Below, one piece after another: positions 39,388 through 49,938 of a stretch of 50,843 nucleotides of DNA (position 1 is the first letter of the stretch; each line of letters opens with the position of its first letter). Source of the DNA: an uncultured Candidatus Saccharibacteria bacterium (GTDB lineage: Bacteria > Patescibacteriota > Saccharimonadia > Saccharimonadales > EFPC-124); NCBI GenBank assembly GCA_964405095.1, contig CAYOML010000005.1, positions 1 through 50,843 on the forward strand. Reading direction: 5' to 3'. The notes under the pieces were generated by a model that worked only from the letters and a program-made list of their open reading frames with translations, made no database searches and was not told the origin of the DNA. A program made the translations under genes and the position numbers.

Positions 39388-40197
39388 TTAAACGAGAATA
39401 AATGTGTGAACATACCAGTCGATCATGGCGTTGCCAAACAGACCGACAATTACGAAGGCCACGATCATAAAGGGCCCAAACGGTACGCGGCTTTTCGGGC
39501 CCAGTTTGCGGGTTAGCAAGCCTGGCAACACAATCAGCAGCCCAATTACGTTGGCGAGCATAAGAACCAGAAGAGTTTTCTGCCAACCAAGTACCGCCCC
39601 CATAAACACCGCTAGTTTTACATCACCATAGCCGACCCATTTCCCCTTCGAAACCATGTACAGCGTCCAATAGACACCAGCCATGGCTAGTATGCCCAGT
39701 ACCACGTGGCTTGCGTAGTCTGCAAGCGAAGCACCTGCCAATAAAGTTTGAATCCCGGCATCAATGAAGCCCAGTGCAACCAGCGGCAAAACAATAACAT
39801 CTGGTAGTAAAAACCATCTAAGATCATAAACGAATAGTGCACCAAGCATTACTAGGTAGACCAACCAGAGTCCAAACAGCGCTATGGCCTGCCATGAATC
39901 AAAACCCAGTGGCCATAACAGATACGAAACAACAAATAAACCAGCCAGGGCGAGTTCCGATAGGAGCGCTAGTGGTGTGATAGGTTTGCGGCAATAGCGG
40001 CATTTTCCCCTCAGTATCAACCAGCTAAAAATCGGGATTAGATCCAACACACCGAGTCTATGGTGACAATGTTCACATTCAGAGCGCCCAGTTACAAAAT
40101 TGCGTTTGGTATGTAAACGCCAGGTTAGAGCGTCAACAAAGCTACCCATAGCTGCCCCGACAGCCCCCAAGAAAACAGCAGTAACTACCATTAGCAT
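39388..40197 (-). CDS. pilD: Prepilin peptidase
   Basis: GSF, RSECEHC, GKCRYC, YDL..LPD, GYGDVKL, PFGPF. Confidence 0.96.
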   Translation of the reverse strand: MLMVVTAVFLGAVGAAMGSFVDALTWRLHTKRNFVTGRSECEHCHHRLGVLDLIPIFSWLILRGKCRYCRKPITPLALLSELALAGLFVVSYLLWPLGFDSWQAIALFGLWLVYLVMLGALFVYDLRWFLLPDVIVLPLVALGFIDAGIQTLLAGASLADYASHVVLGILAMAGVYWTLYMVSKGKWVGYGDVKLAVFMGAVLGWQKTLLVLMLANVIGLLIVLPGLLTRKLGPKSRVPFGPFMIVAFVIVGLFGNAMIDWYVHTFILV

Positions 40198-40219
40198 AAT
40201 GCTAGCAGTTTTTCGGGTT

Positions 40220-40256
40220 AAAACAAAACTCCGCCTACTGGCTGCAGACGGAGCTT
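40220..40256 (-). terminator. Terminator after the major pilin
   Basis: Minus strand GCTCCGTCTGC-loop-GTAGGCGGAGT followed by TTTGTTTT. Confidence 0.75.
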
Positions 40257-40275
40257 AGGTCAACCAGCAGAAGAG

Positions 40276-40764
40276 CTAGTTGCTTTGACAGTAGAAGCCG
40301 CCCTGTTCCTGATATATGATAGCCGCAAAGTTTCTGCTACCAAGATTGGCCTGTACGCCGTTAGCACCACCGCACTTGGAACCAATGTAGACTTTAATTT
40401 CACCGGCTGCCACAGTCACAGGCGAACCCGGTGCCGCAGCATTGTAACCACCAGTGGCTGGCAACGCATATGTTGTACCGTTGCTAGGATCCGAGAACGA
40501 GGAACCATTTACAGTCAGATAGTTACCAATGAACGCGTTAAAGGCGGCCAAATCCGCAGGCAACGCACCCTGCGTGTTACTCTGGTAAGAAGTTACCTGG
40601 CTCATGAAGCGCCCAAGGTCACTCTTGCGCTGTGTGTCACGCTGACCACGCTGCAAAGCTGGCAGCGCCAGGAATACCACCAGGAAGATCAGGCCAGCGA
40701 TTGCCAGCACCAGTACAACCTCGATGATGGTGAAACCCTTGTTATTTGCTTTTGCTATTCCCAT
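40276..40764 (-). CDS. pilA: Probable major type IV pilin
   Basis: KG/FTIIEVVLVLAIAG; C-terminal Cys pair; own promoter (TTGCGC-16-TATAAT), SD and terminator. Confidence 0.85.
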   Translation of the reverse strand: MGIAKANNKGFTIIEVVLVLAIAGLIFLVVFLALPALQRGQRDTQRKSDLGRFMSQVTSYQSNTQGALPADLAAFNAFIGNYLTVNGSSFSDPSNGTTYALPATGGYNAAAPGSPVTVAAGEIKVYIGSKCGGANGVQANLGSRNFAAIIYQEQGGFYCQSN

Positions 40765-40837
40765 AACCACCCTTTCAACTCTTTATATCGTAACTGCTTA
40801 TGATTATATACTACGAGGCTTCGCGCGCAAGCATATT

Positions 40838-42052
40838 TTACGTGCCAGGCAGGTTGCCGATAAGGCCATAAACCGGCAGCAGGATCGCCAGAACCATTAG
40901 GCCGGCAATTAAAGCCAGGACAACCATAAGGATAGGTTCGATGGCTGTCGAGATCGATCGGACTGTGTTATCTAGTTCGTTCTCGTAATAAGTTGCAGCC
41001 TTGCCCATCATCTTGTCGATACCGCCCGACTGCTCACCAATACTAATCATCTGTGGTACAAGCGATAGAATAACCGATTCACTTTTGAGTGCCAACGATA
41101 AGGCCTTGCCGCCTTTAACTTTTTCGCTAGCGCGCATAATCGCTTCGGATACCGGAATATTGTTTACAGCGCGGGCCGTAATGCGCAACATCTCGAGCAT
41201 TGGCACACCAGTAGCCATAAGGGTTTGACCGGTGCGCGTGAGGCGTGCCATGTAAAGCTTTCTGAACAAGCCACCAAATACCGGCACACTGATCTTAAAA
41301 TTATCGAATGCTCGGCGACCAGCATCGGTCTCGATATAGCGCTTGGCAAAGTAAACAGCCGCAATGAGCAGCATGAGTAACAGCCACCAAAATTTGATGG
41401 CAAAGTTTGAAGCCGACACCAGGCCAGCGGTAATGAATGGCAGCGACTTATGGAGGTCATGATATAGCCGTTCGATCTGCGGCATTATGGTGAACAACAT
41501 AAAAGCCACGACACCGGTAATAACCACTAGGACGATAATCGGGTAGACCATCGCACCGCGCACTTTGCTCAGTAGTTCAGAATCTTTTTCTTGTTGGGTG
41601 GCTACCCGCTCCATTGCTTCGTCGAGTGTACCCGAAACTTCGCCGGCGGCTATCAGTGCTACAAACACGTCATTGAAAACTTCTGGGTGTTTAGAAAACG
41701 AGTCGGCTAGCGAGCTACCACCTTCGATACTAGTGATAATTTCGTTAATAACCGCCACCAGACGCTTGTTTTGTGTCTGCTCGGATAGCGTTCGCAAACT
41801 CTGGGCCAGCGGTAGGCCGGCGTTAATAAGGGTCGCTAGCTGCCGAGTAAAAATAATCCTATCTTTAGAACCAACCCGGTTTGCAATCCGGCTAATAACA
41901 CTCGCCTTGCGGGTCTGTTCGGTAATTTGCAGGGGTACGATCCCCTGCGCCATTAGTAACTTAGCAGCCGCGCGCTCTGATTGGGCCTGCACTGTTGAGT
42001 GAATGACCTTGTTGGAACTTGTGTCGCGGGCAGTAAAGTCAAAAGTAAGCAT
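40838..42052 (-). CDS. pilC: Type IV pilus platform protein
   Basis: FTRQLATLINAGLPL, AGEVSGTLD, AMVYP, IGEQSG, IEP. Confidence 0.95.
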   Translation of the reverse strand: MLTFDFTARDTSSNKVIHSTVQAQSERAAAKLLMAQGIVPLQITEQTRKASVISRIANRVGSKDRIIFTRQLATLINAGLPLAQSLRTLSEQTQNKRLVAVINEIITSIEGGSSLADSFSKHPEVFNDVFVALIAAGEVSGTLDEAMERVATQQEKDSELLSKVRGAMVYPIIVLVVITGVVAFMLFTIMPQIERLYHDLHKSLPFITAGLVSASNFAIKFWWLLLMLLIAAVYFAKRYIETDAGRRAFDNFKISVPVFGGLFRKLYMARLTRTGQTLMATGVPMLEMLRITARAVNNIPVSEAIMRASEKVKGGKALSLALKSESVILSLVPQMISIGEQSGGIDKMMGKAATYYENELDNTVRSISTAIEPILMVVLALIAGLMVLAILLPVYGLIGNLPGT

Positions 42053-42062
42053 TGCTTTTAAA

Positions 42063-43130
42063 TTAGCCTCGCATCATCCTTTCAAACTCCCCGAGGTCAA
42101 CGGCATAGTTGTGAGCTTCGTCATAGGTTATGGTGCCACCCTGAACAAGACCAACGAGTGTTTTATCCATCGACTGCATGCCTACGTCACCACCGGTCTG
42201 GATGACAGCGTCCAGCTGATGGCTTTTGCCCTCACGTATGATGTTACGAACCGCGGGCGTCGCCAGCAGAATCTCGGCAGCGACCACACGACCGCCACCT
42301 ATAGCGGGGATCAATCGCTGCGAACAGATGGCTTGTAGAATGTTAGCCAGCTGCGAGCGAATCTGTGGCTGTTGGTGCGGAGGGAAGACGTCTACCATGC
42401 GATCTATAGACTGGGCAGCGCTGTTAGTGTGCAGTGTAGCAAACACCAGGTGGCCGGTTTCGGCAATGGTAATGGCAGCGCTAATTGTTTCTAGGTCACG
42501 CATCTCACCTATCAAAACCACGTCTGGGTCTTGGCGTAAACTAGAACGCAGGGCCGCCGAGAAACTGTAGGTGTCATAGTGGACTTCACGCTGAACCACC
42601 AGTGATTTTTTGGATTTGTGGGTAAACTCAATCGGGTCTTCAATAGTAATAATATGGTCGGCTTTTTCGGTGTTTATCTGATCGACGAGTGCCGCCAAAG
42701 TGGTCGACTTACCCGAACCAGTCGGGCCAGTCACAAGAACTAGGCCTCGTGGATAGTTGGCGAAGTTATTGACCACCGCCGGCATGCCAAGTTCGGCCAC
42801 GCTCTTAATTTCGTTGGGGATTAAACGGAGAGCGCCTGCCAGGTTACCTCGCTCATGAAAGGAGTTTACCCGGAAACGCCCGAGATCGCCAAAGGCAAAA
42901 CTAAAGTCAAACTCTTTGTCTTTTAGTAGAATTTGCTTCTGTTCGTCGTCGAGAATGGCGAATACTAACGCTTCGACATTTTCTTCGCTGAGCGTTTCAT
43001 AGCCAGCGATTGGCACCAGATGGCCATCAATCCGAAGCATCGGAGGCATTGATACCTGTAAATGCAGGTCAGAGGCCTTTTTCTTTATGACCTCTTCCAG
43101 TAAAACTTCAATTCTTAAACTTGCTGCCAT
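42063..43130 (-). CDS. pilT: Type IV pilus retraction ATPase
   Basis: ASDLHL, GPTGSGKSTT, TIEDPIE, LRQDPD, AETGH, AVRNIIRE, GMQSMD. Confidence 0.97.
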   Translation of the reverse strand: MAASLRIEVLLEEVIKKKASDLHLQVSMPPMLRIDGHLVPIAGYETLSEENVEALVFAILDDEQKQILLKDKEFDFSFAFGDLGRFRVNSFHERGNLAGALRLIPNEIKSVAELGMPAVVNNFANYPRGLVLVTGPTGSGKSTTLAALVDQINTEKADHIITIEDPIEFTHKSKKSLVVQREVHYDTYSFSAALRSSLRQDPDVVLIGEMRDLETISAAITIAETGHLVFATLHTNSAAQSIDRMVDVFPPHQQPQIRSQLANILQAICSQRLIPAIGGGRVVAAEILLATPAVRNIIREGKSHQLDAVIQTGGDVGMQSMDKTLVGLVQGGTITYDEAHNYAVDLGEFERMMRG

Positions 43131-43144
43131 GCTCCACCCTTTCC

Positions 43145-44932
43145 TTAGGCGACATTTGCCGCGACACGGTTAACCTCTTCAAGTGTTGTCAGGCCCGTCA
43201 GCGCCTTCAGATACCCGTCCTGGCGCATTGGAACCATTCCCTGAAGAATCGCTTGCTTCTGGATCTCGGCACTGGTCGAATGCCTGACGATCAGGTTCTG
43301 GATATCTTCGGTCACTTCCATTACCTCATACAAACCAACGCGACCTTTGTACCCGCCAGGGGTCTGAGGCGAATCGACACCCTTGACCAAAGTATAAGCT
43401 TTTTGGTCTGCCAGGGGCAAGTCTTTGTAGCCAAGGTCCTCGGATACATGATGGATACTAGCCCGATCTTTTGGTAATAGATTGCCAACTGTCTCGTTAA
43501 TATTCTGGGTCTCAATCTCGTTGGACTTGTAGGTTTCATGTTCTTCGGTCACACGACGGACAAGACGCTGACCGATTATTACATTGACGGTAGAGGCGAT
43601 TAGGAACGGCTCGATGCCCATATCGAGTAAGCGCGGCAAAATACCAGCCGCACTGTTGGTGTGTAAAGTACTAAATACCAAGTGGCCGGTTAATGCGGCC
43701 TGTACTGCCAGGTCGGCAGTTTCTTTGTCGCGAATCTCACCAACCATCACGACGTTGGGGTCCTGACGCAAGATTGAGCGTAAACCAGTTGCAAAAGTCA
43801 GGCCAACATCGGCGTTCACTTGTATCTGGTTGACACCTGTCATCTTATATTCCACCGGATCTTCAAGCGTCACAATGTTAATTTTGTCACTTTTAATCTC
43901 TTGGATGAGGGCGTATAACGACGTTGTTTTACCGGAGCCAGTCGGGCCAGAAGTCAAAATCATACCATTGGGTTTTTGGATTCCGCGGCGGATCATGCGT
44001 AGTGCTCGGCCGGCAAAACCCAGGTCTTCGAGCTGAAAATTTGTGCCGGTTTTGTCGAGCAAACGAATAACCACCTGTTCACCCCACATAGTTGGGCTAA
44101 TCGCTATACGCAGGTCGACGTCCTTGCCGGCCATATGAATGGCAAATTGACCGTCTTGCGGAATACGATGTTCATCAATTTTTAGATTACTAAGGATTTT
44201 AATACGCGATATGAGCGCCGGTTCAATACTTTTGGGCAGTTGCATAATTTCGCGCAAAACACCATCTATGCGGCAACGAATCTTCAGTGCCGCTTCCAGT
44301 GGTTCTATATGCACATCTGATGCTCGGTTCGAGACGGCATATTCCAAAATTGTACTTAAAGCCCGGCTAATTGGTGAATCCTGGACGATTGCCTTAATGT
44401 TTTGCTCGAGAGTTAGTTTGCTTTTGCCGGCCGGCGTTTCTTCCTCTGACTTGGCGGTGGCAATAGCCGCGCTAACGCCTTCTTCCAGGTTAGTGCGATA
44501 CTGGCCGAGTACATGGCGTACGCCTTCTTCTGAGGCCATATAGACCTTAAGCGGGTGGCCTATTTTGTTTGCCAGGTAATCCACAGCCTGGACGTTGTTC
44601 GCGTCGAGCATGGCGACCGCCAATCGGTTTTGTACTTCTCCGAGCGGTACGGCCATAAAGTGCTCAGCAACATCACGCGGTAGGAGTTCCAACACTGTTT
44701 GATCGATTTGTGCGTCGCTTAAATCAACGTAAGGCACGTTGGACACCTGAGCTATGTAGCGAGTTAGCTGCTCGTCACTGACTACTTTGTCTTCGACAAG
44801 GGCCACAAACAATGGTTTACCCGTCTGGGTAACCTGTTTATGGTACTTATCCAAAACGGTCGCTTTAACCAAGCCCTCACTTAATAAGAGTGCTTCCAAC
44901 TTCTTCTGGTTCTCGTCGGTGAGAATACTCAA
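43145..44932 (-). CDS. pilB: Type IV pilus extension ATPase (GspE/PilB)
   Basis: ASDVHIEP, PQDG, GPTGSGKTT, LRQDP, GEIRD, ALTGH; TTG start behind GGGGGAG. Confidence 0.95.
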   Translation of the reverse strand: MSILTDENQKKLEALLLSEGLVKATVLDKYHKQVTQTGKPLFVALVEDKVVSDEQLTRYIAQVSNVPYVDLSDAQIDQTVLELLPRDVAEHFMAVPLGEVQNRLAVAMLDANNVQAVDYLANKIGHPLKVYMASEEGVRHVLGQYRTNLEEGVSAAIATAKSEEETPAGKSKLTLEQNIKAIVQDSPISRALSTILEYAVSNRASDVHIEPLEAALKIRCRIDGVLREIMQLPKSIEPALISRIKILSNLKIDEHRIPQDGQFAIHMAGKDVDLRIAISPTMWGEQVVIRLLDKTGTNFQLEDLGFAGRALRMIRRGIQKPNGMILTSGPTGSGKTTSLYALIQEIKSDKINIVTLEDPVEYKMTGVNQIQVNADVGLTFATGLRSILRQDPNVVMVGEIRDKETADLAVQAALTGHLVFSTLHTNSAAGILPRLLDMGIEPFLIASTVNVIIGQRLVRRVTEEHETYKSNEIETQNINETVGNLLPKDRASIHHVSEDLGYKDLPLADQKAYTLVKGVDSPQTPGGYKGRVGLYEVMEVTEDIQNLIVRHSTSAEIQKQAILQGMVPMRQDGYLKALTGLTTLEEVNRVAANVA

Positions 44933-44953
44933 GGGCAGGTCTCCCCCGTCCCC

Positions 44954-45199
44954 CTACTGGCCATTAAACGGTTGCTGGTTTGCCGGGTTGCCTATCTGGA
45001 TCACCACCGTTGGATTAAGGGCGTCTTTGTTGAACGTTTTATCCGATGGTTGAGTAATTTGACTCGAGATTGGTTCAACCTTCTCAACCTTAGTCCCACT
45101 CTGTTGCGGCTCGCCGAACACGGCCTTGACTATCAGAAAGGATATCACTAGAGTGAGCGACACAATAAGCATTAATAAAGCTAGATCGTTACGTTTCAC
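44954..45199 (-). CDS. Small membrane-anchored protein (PilP-position)
   Basis: One TM; GGAGG SD; located between pilO and pilB. Confidence 0.7.
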   Translation of the reverse strand: MKRNDLALLMLIVSLTLVISFLIVKAVFGEPQQSGTKVEKVEPISSQITQPSDKTFNKDALNPTVVIQIGNPANQQPFNGQ

Positions 45200-45897
45200 T
45201 GTACTACCTCCTGGATGGCGTTGACCGTTTTCGATGGTTGGTAATAGGTTGTGGCTTCAATACCAGCTCGCAGATTAGCATCGGTACCATTTAGGGTAAT
45301 ACCGGTAATCTTTATTGGCCGGATGGTCCGCTCCAGGTCTTTGATCATGGCTTCGACCTTGGCGTATGTGCCGGACACTACAAAACTGAATCTAATTTCC
45401 TGGGGCTTGGCTTCGGTTGCACCTTCGGCCGCTTGGTCGTCTTCGGGTGGGACTGTAATGCTCTCGATAGTTACTCCGGATCGACCCAAAATAACTTGTT
45501 GCAATGAGGTAGCCAGCGCAGCCGAGTCTTGGGCAGTTGGCAGGGCGTCAAGAATGCTTTTTAGATTGCTGTCGTTTGGATCGGTCTTTACCAAGGCAAG
45601 GTTGGCGTTGGCTACCAAGCTGTCGACTTCTTGCTTCAGCTGCTTGGCATTGGTAATATTCTGGGTTAGCGTATCGCTGGCCTTGAATTTGGCGCTTAGA
45701 ACCTTGTTATTATATTGCCACTTACTGAAGAGATATTGACCTGTTGCCACACAGAAACTGACGGCTACAGCCGCTACCACCACCCAGATAAACATATTGC
45801 GCCCCGCTAGCTCAATTTGTTGGCGTTTTTTGAGACCAGTCAGACGCTGGGTATCAACTTTTATACCTGGAGTTGGCGTTTTTGCTTCGGCCATCAC
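45196..45897 (-). CDS. pilO: PilO-like alignment protein
   Basis: TM, coiled coil, ALP, V.G.Y..V...I.DLER..RPI. Confidence 0.85.
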   Translation of the reverse strand: MMAEAKTPTPGIKVDTQRLTGLKKRQQIELAGRNMFIWVVVAAVAVSFCVATGQYLFSKWQYNNKVLSAKFKASDTLTQNITNAKQLKQEVDSLVANANLALVKTDPNDSNLKSILDALPTAQDSAALATSLQQVILGRSGVTIESITVPPEDDQAAEGATEAKPQEIRFSFVVSGTYAKVEAMIKDLERTIRPIKITGITLNGTDANLRAGIEATTYYQPSKTVNAIQEVVQ

Positions 45898-46601
45898 TGG
45901 CTCCCCTTGTCATCAAATACTGGTTTTGGACTCTGTGTTACCGACGGAGTAGTGGTAATATTAGGCACTTTGGCAGTTAGATCGGTATTACCGGCGGCAA
46001 ACACCGCATCGCGGAATATAGCCTTGACAGTAAAGCCAACCGACCCTTCGGCAGTAACCCTTACCAGACTGGAAGTTTGGATCCGTACCTGATCAAAAAT
46101 TTTCTCGGTTACCGGGTCGCCTTGGCCATCCACCTTATAGGTTACTTGAGCGTTCTTAAGAGTATCAATAAAGATGTTTAGTGTTTCAAAGCTAGCCGTA
46201 CTACCTGTGAAGACTATCGTCTTATCGAGGCTTACCAGCTGCAAGCTGCTTAAACTGACTGAGTTCGGGGCACTTGGATTCAGAACGCTTAGGAAACTAA
46301 ACAGCCGGCTGCTAACACCTTTGGCATTATGCAGGGCGGGCAGGCTCTCGAGTTGGTTCTGGATGGTTAAGTATTTGTCGACATCCGGTATATCTTTAAG
46401 CTCCTGCACTTCGCGTTTAATATTTTCGGAGGCCAAATTAATCTGCAGCTGCTGTACAAACGTCACGTATACAAACAGTAGAGCGCTAAGCCCCAAAGCC
46501 GCCAGTGTCACAAGAATCGATATGGTAACAACCGCGTTCTTCGCTTTTTGGGCGTTGATAAACTCTTTCTTGAGGTCTGGTAATAGATTGAGCTGGATCA
46601 T
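45894..46601 (-). CDS. pilN: PilN-like alignment protein
   Basis: N-terminal LNLLP motif followed by a TM helix. Confidence 0.88.
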   Translation of the reverse strand: MIQLNLLPDLKKEFINAQKAKNAVVTISILVTLAALGLSALLFVYVTFVQQLQINLASENIKREVQELKDIPDVDKYLTIQNQLESLPALHNAKGVSSRLFSFLSVLNPSAPNSVSLSSLQLVSLDKTIVFTGSTASFETLNIFIDTLKNAQVTYKVDGQGDPVTEKIFDQVRIQTSSLVRVTAEGSVGFTVKAIFRDAVFAAGNTDLTAKVPNITTTPSVTQSPKPVFDDKGSQ

Positions 46602-46647
46602 GAGGCTTCGCCTCCTGGCAGCATACTGATGTTTAGTTTAGGAAAAA

Positions 46648-47688
46648 TCATATTGTGCGCTCCGCCAGGCCAACCACCACACCAAACTGCGGTGCTAGTT
46701 GCGTTAATGTATCGCGTACATCGTTACCAAAATGGACATTACTCCAGGCATTGCCAGCGGCGGTGGCTAAACCGGTTTTAGTTGCTAGGTACTCTCCAAA
46801 GGCTGGGATACTGAGCGCAAAGCCAGACAACACCACCGAACTAATCGGGATGTTCGGGTAGCGTGATTGGAAGAATTTGGCCGACTTGACGACTTCGCCA
46901 GCAAACTGCTCGAGTGTCGCATCGAGCGATTTAATAATTTGGCCCTCTAACCGGTCTGGGTAGAGGCCAAACTTAAGGATGAACTGCGTGGCCTGGTTGG
47001 CGTCTATGTTCAGGTTCTGCATGGCGGCTTTCACCAGCGTTTGCATGCCAACTGGTATAGAACGTACGAGCCGTGGTGCGCCGTCCAATACAATCACTAT
47101 GTCGGTGGTGAAGTCAGCAAAATCAACAATTGTATGAACATCCTTACTGGTTGGCGGTAGCAGCGAACGCACAAGTGCAATCGAATCTGGTTCCAGAGCT
47201 ACGACATTGAGGCCCAAGCCTTCGATCATATCAAGCCGGGCCTCACTAAACTTATTGGCCACACTAGCTAGCAGAACTTCAATTTTACTGGGGTCGCGTA
47301 CCGACTTGCCAAGGATTGCCCAATCGATTTTGACTTCGTCGAGTGCCATCGGGATAAATTGTTCGGCCTGGTATTTAATAGTGCTCGCCAGTTCCTGCGG
47401 TGGCAGATCGGGTAAATCAACGACGGTAGCAAACGTCTTATTGGAAGGAATGCCGACGACCACGTTGTGCAGTGTAATGCCGGCTTGGGTTACTAAATTG
47501 GTGATAACCTCGCCAAGTCGCCTTTGGTCTTCGGGTGCGTCCGATGTAGATATACGAATATCAACCGGAGCCGAACCATATTTAACCAGACTCCAACTAT
47601 CACCGCTTTTCTTGAGCTGCACAACCCTCACTGCGGATGTGCCAATATCAAGCGCAAAGAAGTCGCCCACCGAGGAAAAAACCTTCAT
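46648..47688 (-). CDS. pilM: Type IV pilus assembly protein PilM
   Basis: ALDIGTSAVRVVQL actin-like fold, AEQFIP, VLSG, VVGLA.R. Confidence 0.93.
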   Translation of the reverse strand: MKVFSSVGDFFALDIGTSAVRVVQLKKSGDSWSLVKYGSAPVDIRISTSDAPEDQRRLGEVITNLVTQAGITLHNVVVGIPSNKTFATVVDLPDLPPQELASTIKYQAEQFIPMALDEVKIDWAILGKSVRDPSKIEVLLASVANKFSEARLDMIEGLGLNVVALEPDSIALVRSLLPPTSKDVHTIVDFADFTTDIVIVLDGAPRLVRSIPVGMQTLVKAAMQNLNIDANQATQFILKFGLYPDRLEGQIIKSLDATLEQFAGEVVKSAKFFQSRYPNIPISSVVLSGFALSIPAFGEYLATKTGLATAAGNAWSNVHFGNDVRDTLTQLAPQFGVVVGLAERTI

Positions 47689-47748
47689 ACTGCCCTCGAT
47701 TATAGCACAAGCACGTTGCTCGTCGATGCTATAAAAGACACTATTTTT

Positions 47749-49938
47749 TCAGAAGCGAGGCGGTAACTCGATGGTATTTATAACCTGAACCATGGTGCTG
47801 TTTGTACTATTCAGAGCATTGCGTAAGTAAATCTCGGGAGTAAACTTGAACAGTTCAGCAGGAGTCTGGCGGGCAACAGTTGTAGCGCCTGACGCACCAT
47901 ATGAACGCCACAACTCAAACTGGCCGGCACTAACCGCTCCGTTAACAACTAACTGGTTAACGTCACAGGCGTCGCCTACGGCTTGCGGGGAGGTCTTTGG
48001 CCAACAGTCCCGGAAAAGGCCAGACGTAACACCATCGCCCTGTGCCACATAGAATCCATCAAGTTGTTTAACGTTCGACATTATAGCCAAGTTGTGAGTA
48101 GTAATAACCACCAGGCTTGGCACATCCGCAAGATTGGCGTAAGAAGCGGGATATTTTAGGTCGTTATCAACAAAAAGGTCGTTAACGCCTATATATATTT
48201 GCGTGGCACCGGCCGGCATCGTGCCATAAAGATGTAGGTTGCCCGAAGCAGCACGCCAAACACCGCTTCCTCTTGTACCAACATCATACGTCCCCGCAGC
48301 CAATGGCGTAGCCGAGGCATAAAGCGACGCGTAGTCCGTCAGACAGTGCGAAGCCGCACCGTAATAGCCTAATTTCGTGGCGTCAGCTTCATTGTTGGCG
48401 AACGTTAGACTACGCGACAAGTCACCAAGTGCTCCCGAGCCCACCAAGACTCGTCCGGCCGAACCAAAGGACGTAATCTTGTTAAGGGCAAAGGCATTAT
48501 ATTCCACTGATGAACCAGCGTACTGTGTCGGAGCAGTACCGGCGAGTGCGCGTGCAGAGGTTGTAATCTTAGCACTTGTGTTACACGCAGGGTTAGCGGA
48601 CACAAAACCACCGCCCGCCCACAAATCGTTGCCGCTAAAACGCACATACGGCTTTTTAGCCACAACTGCACATGCGCTAGTACTGGCTCTGCTGGCAACC
48701 GAAGGGCTAGCTGGCTGTACATACAGCACGCGACAGATCGTAGTACCAGGCGTTTGGGTAGTTATAGGGATGTTCTCTGTACCAACCGTTACTGTCGCAC
48801 CAGCCGCGAAGACCTGCGAAACCGAGCAGGTAAACGATGTGCCGACCAGTGCACCGCCACCATCCTTGTTGTAGCACTGAGCTGCACTACTAGGGGTCGT
48901 GCCTAAATTATTAACGGTATATGTAAACGTCAAGGTATCGCCATCCTGCACAGTGGTCAGGTTGGGAGTCACGACAGGATTTAGGTTGTAGTCGATCGTA
49001 ACCGTCGCACAGACCAAGGCGCCAGAAACACCGGCTGTATTGTCATCTGAAGCAGGGCTGCCGGCAACCCGTCTACAAATCTGCGTGCCGTTCGCCGCGT
49101 TGGCCGGCACCAGATAATTCTCGGTGTTAACATTTACCTCGACACCACTGCCTATATAGCCGACTGAGGAGCCAATATTTACAACATCGGAATCAGAGTT
49201 ACTAAAGTAAGTCCTCCAGATTATACTTGAGGGGTCAGTACTGTTTGGGCCGGCATTCTTTAGGTAATGATTGAATGTGATTGTTTGCCCGGGGGCCGGC
49301 GTTGCGTCGTTGACAGTTGTACGGCCGGAAATAGAAAAGTTATTATCGTAAATATTATCAAAGTTTGTATTGCCTACAGGATTGGCACATTGGCGACGAA
49401 TACCATAGACCCATGCCCCGGCAGCGGATGTTTTGAAGGTGATAGTAGAGGCTGTATTGACATCGCCAAAGAAGGCATCGTCAGCCGGGTTAGTACCAGA
49501 GCCAGTGCCTTGATAATAACTATTTATTGCATAGCCAAATGAAGTTGTCCAACCTATCCAACCATTATCGGCTGCAAAATTGACCCGCGACTGCCAGTCG
49601 GCTATAGCCGCGGCTGAAGGAGTACTGTCGTGAGGATTTAAATCGGTCATTGTGCCGATAATGAAAGCTGCGCCACGTTTCTCCTGTGTCGTGCCATTGT
49701 TGTAGTCGTCCATAATAAAGGCAATTAGTTCGGCGGCCGTATTGACATAATTAGGAACAGCGTTTACGCCGCCATCGTAGAGTACCGGCAAAACATACGT
49801 GCCCCAGTCATCCTTAGTATTCAGGAAGTACCCATAGTTGGGGCTTCGACCGAAATAGGGCCAGGCCTTAGCAACGTCGGTATAACCTACAGCAAACGAT
49901 GTCGCCGCAACGATCGCTAAAATAACATAACGTCTCAT
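47749..49938 (-). CDS. Large secreted beta-rich protein, candidate pilus adhesin
   Basis: Signal peptide (..VAKA/W), two Ig/CARDB-like repeats with Cys pairs, C-terminal ELPPRF; adjacent to pilM. Confidence 0.65.
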   Translation of the reverse strand: MRRYVILAIVAATSFAVGYTDVAKAWPYFGRSPNYGYFLNTKDDWGTYVLPVLYDGGVNAVPNYVNTAAELIAFIMDDYNNGTTQEKRGAAFIIGTMTDLNPHDSTPSAAAIADWQSRVNFAADNGWIGWTTSFGYAINSYYQGTGSGTNPADDAFFGDVNTASTITFKTSAAGAWVYGIRRQCANPVGNTNFDNIYDNNFSISGRTTVNDATPAPGQTITFNHYLKNAGPNSTDPSSIIWRTYFSNSDSDVVNIGSSVGYIGSGVEVNVNTENYLVPANAANGTQICRRVAGSPASDDNTAGVSGALVCATVTIDYNLNPVVTPNLTTVQDGDTLTFTYTVNNLGTTPSSAAQCYNKDGGGALVGTSFTCSVSQVFAAGATVTVGTENIPITTQTPGTTICRVLYVQPASPSVASRASTSACAVVAKKPYVRFSGNDLWAGGGFVSANPACNTSAKITTSARALAGTAPTQYAGSSVEYNAFALNKITSFGSAGRVLVGSGALGDLSRSLTFANNEADATKLGYYGAASHCLTDYASLYASATPLAAGTYDVGTRGSGVWRAASGNLHLYGTMPAGATQIYIGVNDLFVDNDLKYPASYANLADVPSLVVITTHNLAIMSNVKQLDGFYVAQGDGVTSGLFRDCWPKTSPQAVGDACDVNQLVVNGAVSAGQFELWRSYGASGATTVARQTPAELFKFTPEIYLRNALNSTNSTMVQVINTIELPPRF

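Noticed and set aside
39347-39586. 80-aa N-terminal extension of the FimT-like pilin
   Set aside because: It overlaps pilD; the prepilin signal and promoter support the ATG at 39346.
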